Assembly (NCBI GenBank): GCA_963783575.1
Contig: CAWAOD010000009.1
Span: forward strand, 640,001-704,000
Reading direction: 5' to 3'
Length of the DNA stretch: 64,000 nucleotides
DNA from: an uncultured Spirochaetota bacterium
Lineage (GTDB): Bacteria > Spirochaetota > Brevinematia > Brevinematales > JAOACQ01
In this document: positions 10,306 through 21,634 of the stretch, piece by piece
How positions within the stretch are numbered: position 1 is the first letter of the stretch
How the letters are laid out: every line of letters starts with the position of its first letter
Notes under the pieces: generated by a model
What the model was told of the DNA's origin: nothing
The model's input: the letters and a program-made list of their open reading frames with translations, nothing else
Databases searched by the model: none
Translations under genes and position numbers: made by a program

Positions 10306-11460
10306 TCAGCTAAACAGCCATAATATAAGCAATAAAATACCCATAAAAACAGCAGAAGCAATAACAAATAGTGTTAATATCTTTATTTTAACAGGGCCGA
10401 TTTTTATTACCGGCTCAATTTCATCATTTATTTCATCAAAATTATCATCTTTGTCTGATTTTTCATCATCCTTATTATCTTTATCGCTCTGCCGTACAAC
10501 TGTCTCGTAATGAGCAGGATTTGTATTGACAACATTACCGCCAGGTGTTTCCTTCATCTGCTCTTTTTTTTTCTCTTTAGCCTGCACACGGATCCTCCCG
10601 CCGATAACAAACTTGCCCAATATACCGGTCCCGAATTCAAGGAACACTATTATGTTATTAGTCCCCTGCGATTTTTGTATAAAAACCACCCTTCCATAAA
10701 GGCTGTCCTCATACTCATGATTTGCAAAGCTTAAGACAAATTGTACTATTTCCCTGGTATCGATTATTTTTGCCAAAATTTCATCGTTAACCCTTATATT
10801 TTCAATATCAATTCCGCCCAGCGGCGCCAAAACCGGCTCTATTTTCAAATTTAACAGTATAATTTCATTGTCATCAATGCTGGAAGGATGTTTATACCCA
10901 TATTTAATATTTCCGCTATATAGTTTAAACTTAAATATTTCGGTTTCTTCCTGAACTAGCTTCAGGATAATTGCGGTATCCATAAAAATATTACTGATTT
11001 CGTTCAGCATAGTTCTTTTAATATTTGCTAAATCAATTTTGGATTTATCGGTAAAACAATTTGATAGGTTTGATGTTATTTCATCGCTCATAATCTGCGA
11101 TTCTAACTTTGAAAAGTATTGAGGAAGTGAATTCTCATTATCGATATAGTTAATAAGTTCCTCAAGAAGATCCTTCCAGCCGCTTTCTATTTTTATTCTG
11201 GAAAGGTTAATATCGGAGGAAACCACTGCGAATATATATTCCGGTAAATTAGTCTGGGTATTATAGAAATATACAAAGGCTCCATAATTCATTTTTTTGC
11301 TGGATATAAATTTACTTTTTAAAACAATAATGTCCTTATCAGCCGATTCTATAATTTTAATGGCCGCTTCAATATCGTTCTTTGTAAATATTAATAAATT
11401 CTGCGCAAAATCTATCGGAATGCCATAATTAGTAACTAATATTTCAGCTTCTAAAGCCAT
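10306..11460 (-). CDS. Hypothetical protein with C-terminal membrane anchor
   Basis: Long ORF with a hydrophobic C-terminal helix; start uncertain (ATG 11460 or 11499). Confidence 0.7.
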   Translation of the reverse strand: MALEAEILVTNYGIPIDFAQNLLIFTKNDIEAAIKIIESADKDIIVLKSKFISSKKMNYGAFVYFYNTQTNLPEYIFAVVSSDINLSRIKIESGWKDLLEELINYIDNENSLPQYFSKLESQIMSDEITSNLSNCFTDKSKIDLANIKRTMLNEISNIFMDTAIILKLVQEETEIFKFKLYSGNIKYGYKHPSSIDDNEIILLNLKIEPVLAPLGGIDIENIRVNDEILAKIIDTREIVQFVLSFANHEYEDSLYGRVVFIQKSQGTNNIIVFLEFGTGILGKFVIGGRIRVQAKEKKKEQMKETPGGNVVNTNPAHYETVVRQSDKDNKDDEKSDKDDNFDEINDEIEPVIKIGPVKIKILTLFVIASAVFMGILLLILWLFS

Positions 11461-11530
11461 TTTAACCCCGGAATATATAGAAATACCCTTAAAATTCAAT
11501 CTCTTTAAAAGCAGTTACGATTTCATTCTT

Positions 11531-12325
11531 TTATTCGTCACGGCTTAAAACTGTTCTAATGGCCTGGGCAATTACTTTTGGATCGGCTGTGATATTTTTA
11601 TTACCGGATCTAAATTTAACACTACCGACCATGGCTGGTGTCGAAGCGCTTTTTTTAAGTTTTTCTTCCTGTTTGGCTTCCTTCAACCGGCCAAGATCAT
11701 CCTTAATAGCATAGTTTTCATCTTCTTTTACAATATTTTCCTCATAAGTAATCGGAGAAAATTCTTCGGAAGGGCCGGTTTCTGATTTATCGGATGAAAC
11801 TTTTTTTGAATTAATTTCGATTTTATTAGTTTTTAGAGATGATTTTACATCATTCTGCTGAGAATTTTCTGAAGTTGTAAAATTCTTTGTATTGATTTCA
11901 TTGACAACATTATCAGCCGTTTTATTTTCCGTTCGATTGAGTTCTGATTTATCATTAACTGGCGCCGTAATTTCATTCCCTTCACTCTCTAGACTGCCCG
12001 TATATATATGATCGTAGCTTTTCCCGGGCAATGTATCACTGTCTTCTATTACATCAATATTTTTGCTGCCCTGTCGTGAAGGATTTGTACCGGATAAAGA
12101 AGTTGAATTTGAAGAGAATAAATTATTATAATCATTTTCAGGTAATGTCTGTTTTAAGAAAAAATCAAGACCGAATCCTAGAATCCCCATAAGGATCGCG
12201 CCAAGTAATGTACGGGTAAAAATTAAAAAAAAAGATGATCCCGAAAAAACGCTTAGCAGCAATGCAAAACCGGCTCCGAAAATACCAAAATAGATTATTA
12301 ACTTCCTTTTTAACAAATCCTGCAT
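11531..12325 (-). CDS. Hypothetical membrane protein (two N-terminal TM helices, polar linker)
   Basis: 264 aa; ends DPKVIAQAIRTVLSRDE. Confidence 0.75.
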   Translation of the reverse strand: MQDLLKRKLIIYFGIFGAGFALLLSVFSGSSFFLIFTRTLLGAILMGILGFGLDFFLKQTLPENDYNNLFSSNSTSLSGTNPSRQGSKNIDVIEDSDTLPGKSYDHIYTGSLESEGNEITAPVNDKSELNRTENKTADNVVNEINTKNFTTSENSQQNDVKSSLKTNKIEINSKKVSSDKSETGPSEEFSPITYEENIVKEDENYAIKDDLGRLKEAKQEEKLKKSASTPAMVGSVKFRSGNKNITADPKVIAQAIRTVLSRDE

Positions 12326-12383
12326 TTAATTATCCTACTTTTTACCTTATATAATTATATGAAAGATTGATAAAAAGTCAAAT

Positions 12384-12412
12384 AAAAAAAGGAGCCGATA
12401 AAGGCTCCTTTT
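12384..12412 (-). terminator. Intrinsic terminator after flgM (likely bidirectional)
   Basis: AAAAGGAGCC-GATAAA-GGCTCCTTTT stem flanked by A/T tracts. Confidence 0.8.
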
Positions 12413-12433
12413 ATTTATCATCTTTTATATAAA

Positions 12434-12724
12434 TTATAAACCCAACACCTTCATCAGTTTTTCCGCAACCACATTCATGACTTCATCATTATTATAAGCG
12501 CCGTTTTGAAGTTTGGCTTTTACTTCATCAATTTTATCCTGCCTGACATCAGGTGTTTTGTCTAAAATACTTCTAAGTTTAGCCTCTTCCGCCAATTGTT
12601 TGGCTTCACTGGAAATCTCCGCGCTGTCAGCGCTCGTGGCGGTTGATCCACTTTTTTTAACCGGATTGTTTATCTTACTGTTATTATCAATTCCCCTTAA
12701 TCCATCAATACCACGAATCTCCAT
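12434..12724 (-). CDS. flgM: Anti-sigma-28 factor FlgM
   Basis: DSAEISSEAK..PDVRQDKIDEVKAKLQNGAY. Confidence 0.9.
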   Translation of the reverse strand: MEIRGIDGLRGIDNNSKINNPVKKSGSTATSADSAEISSEAKQLAEEAKLRSILDKTPDVRQDKIDEVKAKLQNGAYNNDEVMNVVAEKLMKVLGL

Positions 12725-12750
12725 ATAAGTCCTCCTAAACTCTCAGCATT

Positions 12751-12779
12751 ATTTTCGGAATCAACCGAAACAATCTTTA
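12751..12779 (-). promoter_or_regulatory. Putative sigma-28 promoter of flgM
   Basis: Minus strand TAAA-N16-TCCGAAAA, just upstream of the GGAGGA RBS. Confidence 0.65.
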
Positions 12780-12925
12780 GCAAATTTTTGTTAACGCCCA
12801 ATCATTAAGTTTCATTTATTAAAAAGGTATTTTCCCGTTTTCAATACATACAGTATAATGACTTTTATTTGCTATTTCCAATTTTTAGCATGAAAATTTT
12901 ATCTTTCAGAATAATTTTTCTGTTA

Positions 12926-13600
12926 TTAAACCCTGTTCATAATAGCCAGAGTAAATTCGCCCCTTTCGGTAATATCATTTTTAATTATATTTTCTATTTT
13001 ACCCCGGATAAATTCTTCATTCAATTTTGTCATTTCCCTTGCAATTATAATTTCGACATTTCCGAACAGTTTATTAATCAGAATTAAAATTTTTTTTAGC
13101 TGATATTGTGAAACAAACAAAACAATAACCGAATTGATATTTTTAAACAGTCCAAGCTCTCTGGACTGTTTCCCCGGGGATTTCGACAGAAAACCAAGAA
13201 AAACGACTCTATCGGTAGAAAAACCGCTCACAGATAATAATGAGGTTAAAGCGGAAGGTCCAGGTATTGGTATAACTGTTATATTATTTCGGACGGCTTC
13301 GTCTACCAAAATTTTCCCGGGATCGGAAAGCGCGGGAACCCCGGCATCGGATACAAGAGCAACATTTTTCCCCTGCTTTAACAGTTGAATAATTCCCTTT
13401 GTACTGTTTTTTTCATTCGCTGGAGAATATTCAATAAGATGTTTTTTTATTTCGTAGTGATTTAACAATTTGATATGCCTGTCTTTATTCTCACAGGCAA
13501 TAATATCAACACTTTTCAATGTATCGATTGCCCTGAATGTTATATCGGAAAGATTGCCTATCGGGGTTGCCACAACATAAAGCTTACCGTCAGGACTCAT
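12926..13600 (-). CDS. rsmI: 16S rRNA C1402 2'-O-methyltransferase
   Basis: GKLYVVATPIGNLSDITFRA, LVSDAGVPALSDPG, PIPGPSA, AREMTKLNEE. Confidence 0.95.
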   Translation of the reverse strand: MSPDGKLYVVATPIGNLSDITFRAIDTLKSVDIIACENKDRHIKLLNHYEIKKHLIEYSPANEKNSTKGIIQLLKQGKNVALVSDAGVPALSDPGKILVDEAVRNNITVIPIPGPSALTSLLSVSGFSTDRVVFLGFLSKSPGKQSRELGLFKNINSVIVLFVSQYQLKKILILINKLFGNVEIIIAREMTKLNEEFIRGKIENIIKNDITERGEFTLAIMNRV

Positions 13601-14026
13601 TTACACCTGCTCCCGATTATTTTTTCCGTCATTACCGGAAGGTTTGTTTATGGAATTGCCTGTATTATCCCCTTTTAGATTGGCTATTTCCTCTATGCTG
13701 AGTACAACCGGTTTCCATTCTTTAACTTCCACGCCTGTTTCCTGATTTCCCGCCTCCGGTATCCATTTATCTTCAGAGAGATACATCCTTATTATTGCAG
13801 CCGCTTTTTCGACAAAATCATCAAGTACTTTTTTATGACCGGCTTTTTTATATAACTTAACTGCTCCGATTTTATCATGCCTGTCAAAATATAAATAATC
13901 AGCAACTCTTATAATGCCGTCCTTATAATCAGTCGCAAGAAAAATCTTCAGAGAGTTTTTATAATCACCCTGGTTGAATAATTCGTTCCCTTTTCTGATA
14001 AATGCTACCCTTTCACTGTTATCCAT
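13601..14026 (-). CDS. Conserved hypothetical helical-repeat protein
   Basis: RKGNELFNQG..IFLATDYKDGIIRVADY; abuts rsmI. Confidence 0.75.
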   Translation of the reverse strand: MDNSERVAFIRKGNELFNQGDYKNSLKIFLATDYKDGIIRVADYLYFDRHDKIGAVKLYKKAGHKKVLDDFVEKAAAIIRMYLSEDKWIPEAGNQETGVEVKEWKPVVLSIEEIANLKGDNTGNSINKPSGNDGKNNREQV

Positions 14027-14045
14027 CGAATTCTCCCGATATATA

Positions 14046-14074
14046 ATTTTCGACTATTAACGAGAAAATCTTCA
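14046..14074 (-). promoter_or_regulatory. Second putative sigma-28 promoter
   Basis: Minus strand TGAA-N16-GTCGAAAA, colinear with the flgM site. Confidence 0.45.
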
Positions 14075-14181
14075 AACTTTGATTTAATTTCAAAAATAAA
14101 AGCTATAATCCGCTTGAATTATTATAGATCAATTCATGAGTATCATCAAAATATTTGAATCTAATTTTATGAAGGCTTTTA

Positions 14182-15890
14182 CCCAAACTGAGCGATTTTT
14201 TAATAAATACCAAAAACAGGTTTATAAAAGCCAAAATTTATAAAAATTTGGATATATTTTTTTGTCACCGGTTAATTTGCCGAATTTATGCGTTTGAAAG
14301 CACTAAAATCATCAATCTCTGAGATATTTTCAATTTTTGGCGCAATACCCCCTTATTAATCCATGAAAACAGAGCGCATCTTTAAATCGGGGTAACCGTT
14401 CCGCATTTCTCCCACAAATCTAACAATTTAAACCTGTCAACTACTTCTTCCCTGAATTTTAAAATAGCCCGCCCGCCTGTTTTAACAATCTTTCCCGCAA
14501 TATCAATAAATATTCGCCTGACCGTATCCGGATAACTTTCCACTGGTATTTCCGGTATATCCATATCCGCCTGATAAGCCGACAGCAGATTATACGCTAT
14601 TATCGATAAAAAATAATATACACCGTTTGATACAAAACTCTTAAACGGCAGTGTTTCATCCACGAATTCTTTTATTCCACGGTTCACCAGTTCATCTTTT
14701 GCCCTCAGATGATAGAGCCTCACTATTTCCTCTGCCGTCATATATTTCACAAGCCCCTTTTCTTTCAATACTTCCGCTTCTTCAAGATTTGTATAAATAA
14801 TATTTTCAGGCCTGTCGAACGCTAATCTGAAAACCCCGTCTTCACATTCATATTTGGTATAAATGGCACGGTATCCCTTTTCCCAGCTATCCCGTCTGTC
14901 CCGAAAGTCCAGGTATTCAATTACATCTCCTTTTTTCTCAAACCTTCTCCATTCTTCCGGCAATCGCTTCATCAAATCGAGTTTGATTGAATCCAGTATT
15001 CTCCCGCCGCATATAAAGAACAGTTTCAGGTCTTCCAGCTTCTTAAAATACTTTTGGTCAAAAAACCCGCTATCAGACACAACGATAATCGGCACCTCTT
15101 TGTCATAGCATTTCCGGATTTCCTTCACTGTTTCTTCCAGCATTGTAAACAGATCGTCACCGTGATTCGGGGATTCGCTTCCTTCGTGGAACGCCAGGTT
15201 CACGATAAAACCATTCCAATACATATGCAGCGGATGATACCCGTTAACCTTTTTGTAGGTATAAGTCACGCCGTTTCGCTTTTTAGCGTCATCATTATTC
15301 AGTACCATCGTATCAAGTCCGAGAATAATAACTTTCGGGTTCTTTATCTTGAGACGCCAGACAAAAAGCTTAATTAGAATCTTTTGAAGCTCTTTAAACA
15401 TTGTCTTTTTTACCACTGAAAAAAATCTCTTTATCACATGGGATGAGCACATATTGTCTTTGCTGCATTCAATGGCCTTTCTGTGCCCGATATCATTTGC
15501 CAATTCATCAAACCGGGTCATGGTAAATTTGCTTCCATCTATGAAAAACAGCATCAATTGAGAAATAATTTTTTCTATATCTTTACCTTTGCGGCTCTTG
15601 CGAATTCCCTGAAATACTTCGCTGATCAGGGGAATAACTTTAATATTCTTGAGATATCTCAGGACAAACGTAAGCCCGCCGCGGCTGGTAAGACAATCTT
15701 TCGTTATGCCGATTTTTTGAATCTCATTTCCCTGAATTTTGCGATTTTTATTTTTTTCAGTCATAATTTACCTGCTTTTGCACCCAATGGGTGTTATTCC
15801 GGGGTAAGGATGGCTGTAACCATTTCCTTACCCCATTTTATTTTGGCATGGTTTTATTTTTATGGATAGTTAAGAATCGCTCAGTTTAGG
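14182..15890 (-). mobile_element. IS1380-family element, copy A (1709 bp)
   Basis: Inverted repeats CCCAAACTGAGCGATT and AATCGCTCAGTTTAGG; 5-bp target duplication TTTTA at 14177-14181 and 15891-15895. Confidence 0.9.
14382..15764 (-). CDS. IS1380-family transposase
   Basis: 460 aa; TSRGGL, LGLDTMV, TYKKVNGYHPL, DSGFFD, YHLRAKDE; protein identical to 62164..63546. Confidence 0.88.
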   Translation of the reverse strand: MTEKNKNRKIQGNEIQKIGITKDCLTSRGGLTFVLRYLKNIKVIPLISEVFQGIRKSRKGKDIEKIISQLMLFFIDGSKFTMTRFDELANDIGHRKAIECSKDNMCSSHVIKRFFSVVKKTMFKELQKILIKLFVWRLKIKNPKVIILGLDTMVLNNDDAKKRNGVTYTYKKVNGYHPLHMYWNGFIVNLAFHEGSESPNHGDDLFTMLEETVKEIRKCYDKEVPIIVVSDSGFFDQKYFKKLEDLKLFFICGGRILDSIKLDLMKRLPEEWRRFEKKGDVIEYLDFRDRRDSWEKGYRAIYTKYECEDGVFRLAFDRPENIIYTNLEEAEVLKEKGLVKYMTAEEIVRLYHLRAKDELVNRGIKEFVDETLPFKSFVSNGVYYFLSIIAYNLLSAYQADMDIPEIPVESYPDTVRRIFIDIAGKIVKTGGRAILKFREEVVDRFKLLDLWEKCGTVTPI

Positions 15891-16006
15891 TTTTACAGAA
15901 TAGCGAATGCTTAAAATAGGAAATGGTTAATAAATGTCTCATACAACCACGGAGTGTGATTGTTTTTTACAAAAAAGGGGGTTTGCTTTACAATATACTT
16001 GAAATA

Positions 16007-16114
16007 AACTATCCTCGCAGTAAATTGTGGGGAATAATACCCGGGTCAAGCGCCTGCCTGGCCTGCCTATGCCGGGATCTCCGGCAGGTAGACGGCAGAC
16101 AGGTCACGCTTGTT
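16007..16114. repeat. Cluster of nested palindromes, including repeat copy 2 split by a 51-bp palindromic insert
   Basis: TATCCTCGCAGTAAATTGTGGGGAATA, then GGTCAAGCG [CCTGCCTG...TGCCGG-GATCT-CCGGCA...GGCAGACAGG, 16053-16103] TCACGCTTGTT. Confidence 0.75.
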
Positions 16115-16164
16115 GAAATTATTGTGCTCCGGAAGGATATTATGGTTTGCTGAGGGAGGAAACT

Positions 16165-18459
16165 ATGGAACTGAATGAAGATTTTATTAATGGTCTTGAA
16201 ATAAATCCTGTTGATATAATAAAAAATATTTCACAGGAGCTTAATATACCGGTCAGGCAGGTGAATGCAACGGTAAATCTCTTTAAGGAAGGAAACACAA
16301 TTCCTTTTATATCGCGTTATAGAAAGGAAGTTACAGGATCGCTTGATGAGATCCAAGTAAGGGATATATCGCATAAATTATCATATCTTGAAAATCTGGA
16401 AACAAGAAGAATAGAAATAATAAAAGGCATTTTTGCACAGGGAAAACTTACCGATGAGCTTTACCTGAATATTTTAAAATGCTCCACGCTCACGGAACTC
16501 GAAGACCTTTACGCGCCTTATAAGAAAAAGAAAAAAACCCGGGCAATGATAGCTATTGAAAAAGGGCTGGAAGAGCTTGCGGGCCTTATGATGACAATAA
16601 AGGATATTGAAAAGGAAGCCGCCAGGTTTATCAATCCAGATAAGGGCGTTAACAGCGCTGAAGAGGCATTGCAGGGGGCTATGGACATTATTGCCGAAAA
16701 AACCGCGCAGGATGTCGATAACCGTAAACTGGTCAGGGAATACATAAACGGAAGCGGCGAGGTTGTTATAAAAGGATTAAAAGACGAATCAACAAGCGTT
16801 TACAAAATGTATTACGATTACAGAGAACCCGTTAAGCTTTTGAAAGCGCACAGGGTTCTTGCTATTAACCGCGGCGAGAAAGAGGAAGAGCTCTCCGTAA
16901 AAATAGAATTTGACAATGAAAAAGCATCCGAACTTCTTTTATCCAGGTATAATATTATGAACAGCTTCCAGAAATCCGCCATAGAAGACGGATTAAAGCG
17001 GCTCCTTCTTCCTTCAATTCTTCGTGAAATCCGCGGAACCCAGTCTGACGATGCTGATCAGCATGGAATCGGCGTGTTTGCGGAAAACCTCAAGGGTCTT
17101 TTGATGCAGCCGCCTATCAGGCGTACAAGGGTTCTGGGAGTTGATCCCGGAATACGCACAGGTACTAAATCCGCCGCGCTGGATGAAAACGGGAAATACC
17201 TGGGATATTTTCTCTTTTTCCAGGATAAAAAGGAGGTGTCAAAAAACGCCATAGCTGAAGCGGTTAAGAAATATAAGGTTGAACTGATTGCGGTCGGAAA
17301 TGGAACAGGCTCTCATGAAGTACAGGAGGTTGTCGCGGAGTCGATAAGCGATTATAATCTGCCAGTTCAATATACCGTTGTCGATGAAGACGGGGCTTCC
17401 GTTTACTCCGCATCCGAACTCGCGGGAGAAGAATTTCCCAAACTGGATCTGACAATTCGGGGAGCGATATCAATCGGGCGGCGAATCCAGGACCCTCTTG
17501 CCGAGTTTGTTAAAATCGACCCCAGGTCAATCGGTGTAGGATTGTACCAGCATGACGTCAACCAGAAATCCCTTTCGGAAAAGCTGGACGAGGTTGTTGA
17601 ATCCGTTGTCAACAATGTCGGCGTTAATGTTAATACGGCGTCTTACGCGCTTCTCCGCTATGTTTCCGGAATAACATTCTCTCTAGCGAAAAACATCGTC
17701 GAATTCAGGGACAAATACGGCATCATCCGCTCGAGGGACGATTTCAGAAAAATAGCCGGATTCGGTGATAAGACCTTTGAGCAGGCGGCCGGTTTTTTAA
17801 AGGTGCCTGAAAGTAAAGATATGCTTGACAACACCTGGGTTCATCCCGAGAATTACCAGGCGGCAAGGGACATTCTTACCATAATAAAAAAAGGCGATGA
17901 AATCACAAAAAAAGTCAAAGAGGAAATAATTGCAAAATACGGCATCGGTTCCACAACAGTTAACGATATCATAGAGGAATTGAAAAGACCCAACCGTGAC
18001 CCCAGGGAAGATTTTCCGGCACCGATATTACAGAAAGGTGTTGTGAATTTTGAAGATTTAAAAACCGGTATGAGAGTCAAAGGAAAGGTTAAAAATGTGG
18101 TTGACTTTGGGGCTTTTGTCGATATCGGAATAAAGGAAACCGCTTTAATTCACGTGTCGCAGATAAGCGACAATTATATCAAAAATCCATCGGAAATTCT
18201 TAAGCTCGGGGATGTGAAAGAGTTTAAAATTATCGAAATTGACACCGTACGCAAGCGGATTTCGTTATCTTTGAAGAGCAACCCGGAAAAACCGACGGTA
18301 TCGAAGGAAAACTCTAAAAAAATGGAAAGCGGTAATGATAAAAAGGGATCAAAAGCTGAGGAAAAAAGACATGATTATTCACCTCAGCCGGTTAAAAAAC
18401 AACCCGCGGCAGGCTCTTTGGGAAGTTTTTTAAAGCGGCCTTTGAATTTCGACAAGTAA
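16165..18459 (+). CDS. tex: Tex (YhgF) RNA-binding transcriptional accessory protein
   Basis: GNTIPFISRYRKEVTG, LGVDPGIRTG, GASVYSAS, SIGVGLYQHDV, C-terminal S1 domain; GGAGG RBS before ATG 16165. Confidence 0.95.
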   Translation: MELNEDFINGLEINPVDIIKNISQELNIPVRQVNATVNLFKEGNTIPFISRYRKEVTGSLDEIQVRDISHKLSYLENLETRRIEIIKGIFAQGKLTDELYLNILKCSTLTELEDLYAPYKKKKKTRAMIAIEKGLEELAGLMMTIKDIEKEAARFINPDKGVNSAEEALQGAMDIIAEKTAQDVDNRKLVREYINGSGEVVIKGLKDESTSVYKMYYDYREPVKLLKAHRVLAINRGEKEEELSVKIEFDNEKASELLLSRYNIMNSFQKSAIEDGLKRLLLPSILREIRGTQSDDADQHGIGVFAENLKGLLMQPPIRRTRVLGVDPGIRTGTKSAALDENGKYLGYFLFFQDKKEVSKNAIAEAVKKYKVELIAVGNGTGSHEVQEVVAESISDYNLPVQYTVVDEDGASVYSASELAGEEFPKLDLTIRGAISIGRRIQDPLAEFVKIDPRSIGVGLYQHDVNQKSLSEKLDEVVESVVNNVGVNVNTASYALLRYVSGITFSLAKNIVEFRDKYGIIRSRDDFRKIAGFGDKTFEQAAGFLKVPESKDMLDNTWVHPENYQAARDILTIIKKGDEITKKVKEEIIAKYGIGSTTVNDIIEELKRPNRDPREDFPAPILQKGVVNFEDLKTGMRVKGKVKNVVDFGAFVDIGIKETALIHVSQISDNYIKNPSEILKLGDVKEFKIIEIDTVRKRISLSLKSNPEKPTVSKENSKKMESGNDKKGSKAEEKRHDYSPQPVKKQPAAGSLGSFLKRPLNFDK

Positions 18460-18463
18460 TCGG

Positions 18464-18871
18464 TTAATAAGTAAAACCATTATCCTTGATTGTATCGAGA
18501 TGCCGTTTATACCTTTTTGGAATATCAATATTAACATTGTAATTTATTAATTTTAATGCTTCGGATATGGCCTCAAATCCATCGTTATAGAATGTTTCTA
18601 TTCTCCTGACTTTATCCTTAATGTTTTTATAATTTTCAGGACATACGAATGTCCAGTCCGCGCCGTCTTTATTAACAACTACTCTGAAAAACTTGTCAAT
18701 ATCCAATTCGCTGTAATTCAATTTTTTTAACAGAATATTATGCTCCACTGCAGCATCTATGTTTGATATAAGCATCTCTATTTTGTCGAAAGACACAAGC
18801 ATTAACAATGGATCGTCATCAATAAAAGATTTTTTAACGCTTGCTTCTTCAGGATAATATTTTATTTCCAT
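18464..18871 (-). CDS. Hypothetical protein
   Basis: 135-aa ORF convergent with tex. Confidence 0.7.
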   Translation of the reverse strand: MEIKYYPEEASVKKSFIDDDPLLMLVSFDKIEMLISNIDAAVEHNILLKKLNYSELDIDKFFRVVVNKDGADWTFVCPENYKNIKDKVRRIETFYNDGFEAISEALKLINYNVNIDIPKRYKRHLDTIKDNGFTY

Positions 18872-18929
18872 AAAACTTTCTCAATCATATAGAATTTTAA
18901 CCCTTTTACGAAATATTATCAATTTATTT

Positions 18930-18964
18930 TTGACTTTTAGAACTGTATTAATTATAATTACAGT
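18930..18964 (+). promoter_or_regulatory. Sigma-70 promoter overlapped by a palindromic Rrf2 operator
   Basis: TTGACT-N17-TATAAT (18930-18958); inverted repeat ACTGTA-N11-TACAGT (18942-18964). Confidence 0.75.
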
Positions 18965-18991
18965 ATTAAAAATCAGGAGATTTGAAAATAA

Positions 18992-19450
18992 GTGAATAGC
19001 GACTTTTATCTATCGATGCATTGCCTGCTGCTTCTTGCATGCGAGCCCTCTTCAGTTTTAACCAGCAGTCGTATAGCAAGCCAGCTTACAGTACATCCTG
19101 TGCGGGTAAGGAAGGCTCTCGGCTTATTAAAAAAATCAGGTTTTATCTCCTCAAGGGAGGGTTCAAACGGAGGTTTCTCACTGGCAAAGGAACCGGAAAA
19201 AATAACACTGGAACAGATATATTCACTTACCGAACCTAACATTATAAAAATACCGTCAAAGAACTTATATAGTTCCTTATGTCCGGTTGACAGCAGTATC
19301 GGCGAGGTTTTGACATCGGTATTTACAAAGGCGGAAAACAGCCTTTTGATGCAGTTGAAGAATTATACCCTTAAATCGATAATGAAAGAAATCCACGCAT
19401 TAAACCCGAAGCAATGCTCATGCGGAAGGAAAGCGCAAAAGGCTTCATAA
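18992..19450 (+). CDS. Rrf2-family transcriptional regulator
   Basis: SSRIA..HPVRVRK..SREGSNGGFSLAKEPEKITLEQIY. Confidence 0.9.
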   Translation: MNSDFYLSMHCLLLLACEPSSVLTSSRIASQLTVHPVRVRKALGLLKKSGFISSREGSNGGFSLAKEPEKITLEQIYSLTEPNIIKIPSKNLYSSLCPVDSSIGEVLTSVFTKAENSLLMQLKNYTLKSIMKEIHALNPKQCSCGRKAQKAS

Positions 19451-19457
19451 AGATTAA

Positions 19458-20642
<1,185 letters not shown>

Positions 20643-20665
20643 CAATAATAAAGGATGGAAGATAT

Positions 20666-21634
20666 ATGGCTAAAAACGATCTTATAGGCGGTGCTCTCTG
20701 GGAGCAATATTCCCAGAAAGTCAGCGATAGAATGGATAACCCTGTAAACCGGGGTGAAATAACCGAGGAAGAAGCATCCGCCATGGGAGCCAAGCTTGTT
20801 GTGGCGGATTGGGGCGCCGAAGCCTGCGGGGACGCTGTAAGGCTTTACTGGGCTGTTGATAAAGCCTCAAACAGGATTTTAAAAGCCAGGTTTAAAAGCT
20901 TCGGCTGCGGCACTGCAATTGCTTCCAGTGATGTTATGGCCGAGATGTGCACTGGAAAAACCGTTGACGAAGCGGTAAAAATCACAAACATAGACGTTGA
21001 AAAGGCATTGCGGGACACAAAAGATATGCCGTCAATACCGCCGCAGAAAATGCACTGCAGCGTTATGGCTTACGATGTAATAAAAAAAGCCGCGTCAATT
21101 TATAAGGGTGTAGACATGTCGCATTTTGAAAACGAGGAAATCGTCTGTGAATGCGCAAGGGTCTCGCTTGGTACAATAAAAGATGTTATAAGGATAAATA
21201 ATTTAAAAACAGTAGAAGAGATCACCCAATACACAAAAGCGGGCGCTTTCTGTAAATCCTGCATCAGGCCGGGCGGTCATGAACAGAGAAAATATCATTT
21301 AGTAGATATATTAAGAGAGGTAAGAGCTGAAATGGAAAAAGAAACGGTTCAGAAAAGCATGGAAACAAAGGATTTTAAATCCATGAGTCTTGTACAGAAG
21401 CTGAAGGCTATCGAAAAAGTCCTTGAACAGGAAATAAAGCCTATGCTTGCCAATGACGGCGGCAGCCTTGAAGTTGTCGATATAAAGGATAGTGAAGGAT
21501 ACGCCGATGTTTATATCAACTATATCGGCGCATGCCGGGGTTGTCCCGCCTCAAAAAATGGAACGCTTTTCGCGATTCAGAATTATTTGAACGAAAAGGT
21601 CGATGATACAATCCGCGTATTGCCTGTTGACTAA
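20666..21634 (+). CDS. nifU: Three-domain Fe-S scaffold NifU
   Basis: ACGDAV, FGCGTAIASS, KMHCSV; CECARV...FCKSC; C-terminal GACRGC. Confidence 0.93.
   Translation: MAKNDLIGGALWEQYSQKVSDRMDNPVNRGEITEEEASAMGAKLVVADWGAEACGDAVRLYWAVDKASNRILKARFKSFGCGTAIASSDVMAEMCTGKTVDEAVKITNIDVEKALRDTKDMPSIPPQKMHCSVMAYDVIKKAASIYKGVDMSHFENEEIVCECARVSLGTIKDVIRINNLKTVEEITQYTKAGAFCKSCIRPGGHEQRKYHLVDILREVRAEMEKETVQKSMETKDFKSMSLVQKLKAIEKVLEQEIKPMLANDGGSLEVVDIKDSEGYADVYINYIGACRGCPASKNGTLFAIQNYLNEKVDDTIRVLPVD

Noticed and set aside
15483..15869. Antisense ORFs within IS1380 and other shadow ORFs opposite uvrA, nrdD, ahcY, thiM and alaS
   Set aside because: They overlap well-supported genes on the other strand and carry no recognisable motifs.
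15923..16153. 76-aa ORF upstream of tex
   Set aside because: It merely reads through the nested palindromes and has no protein-like signal.
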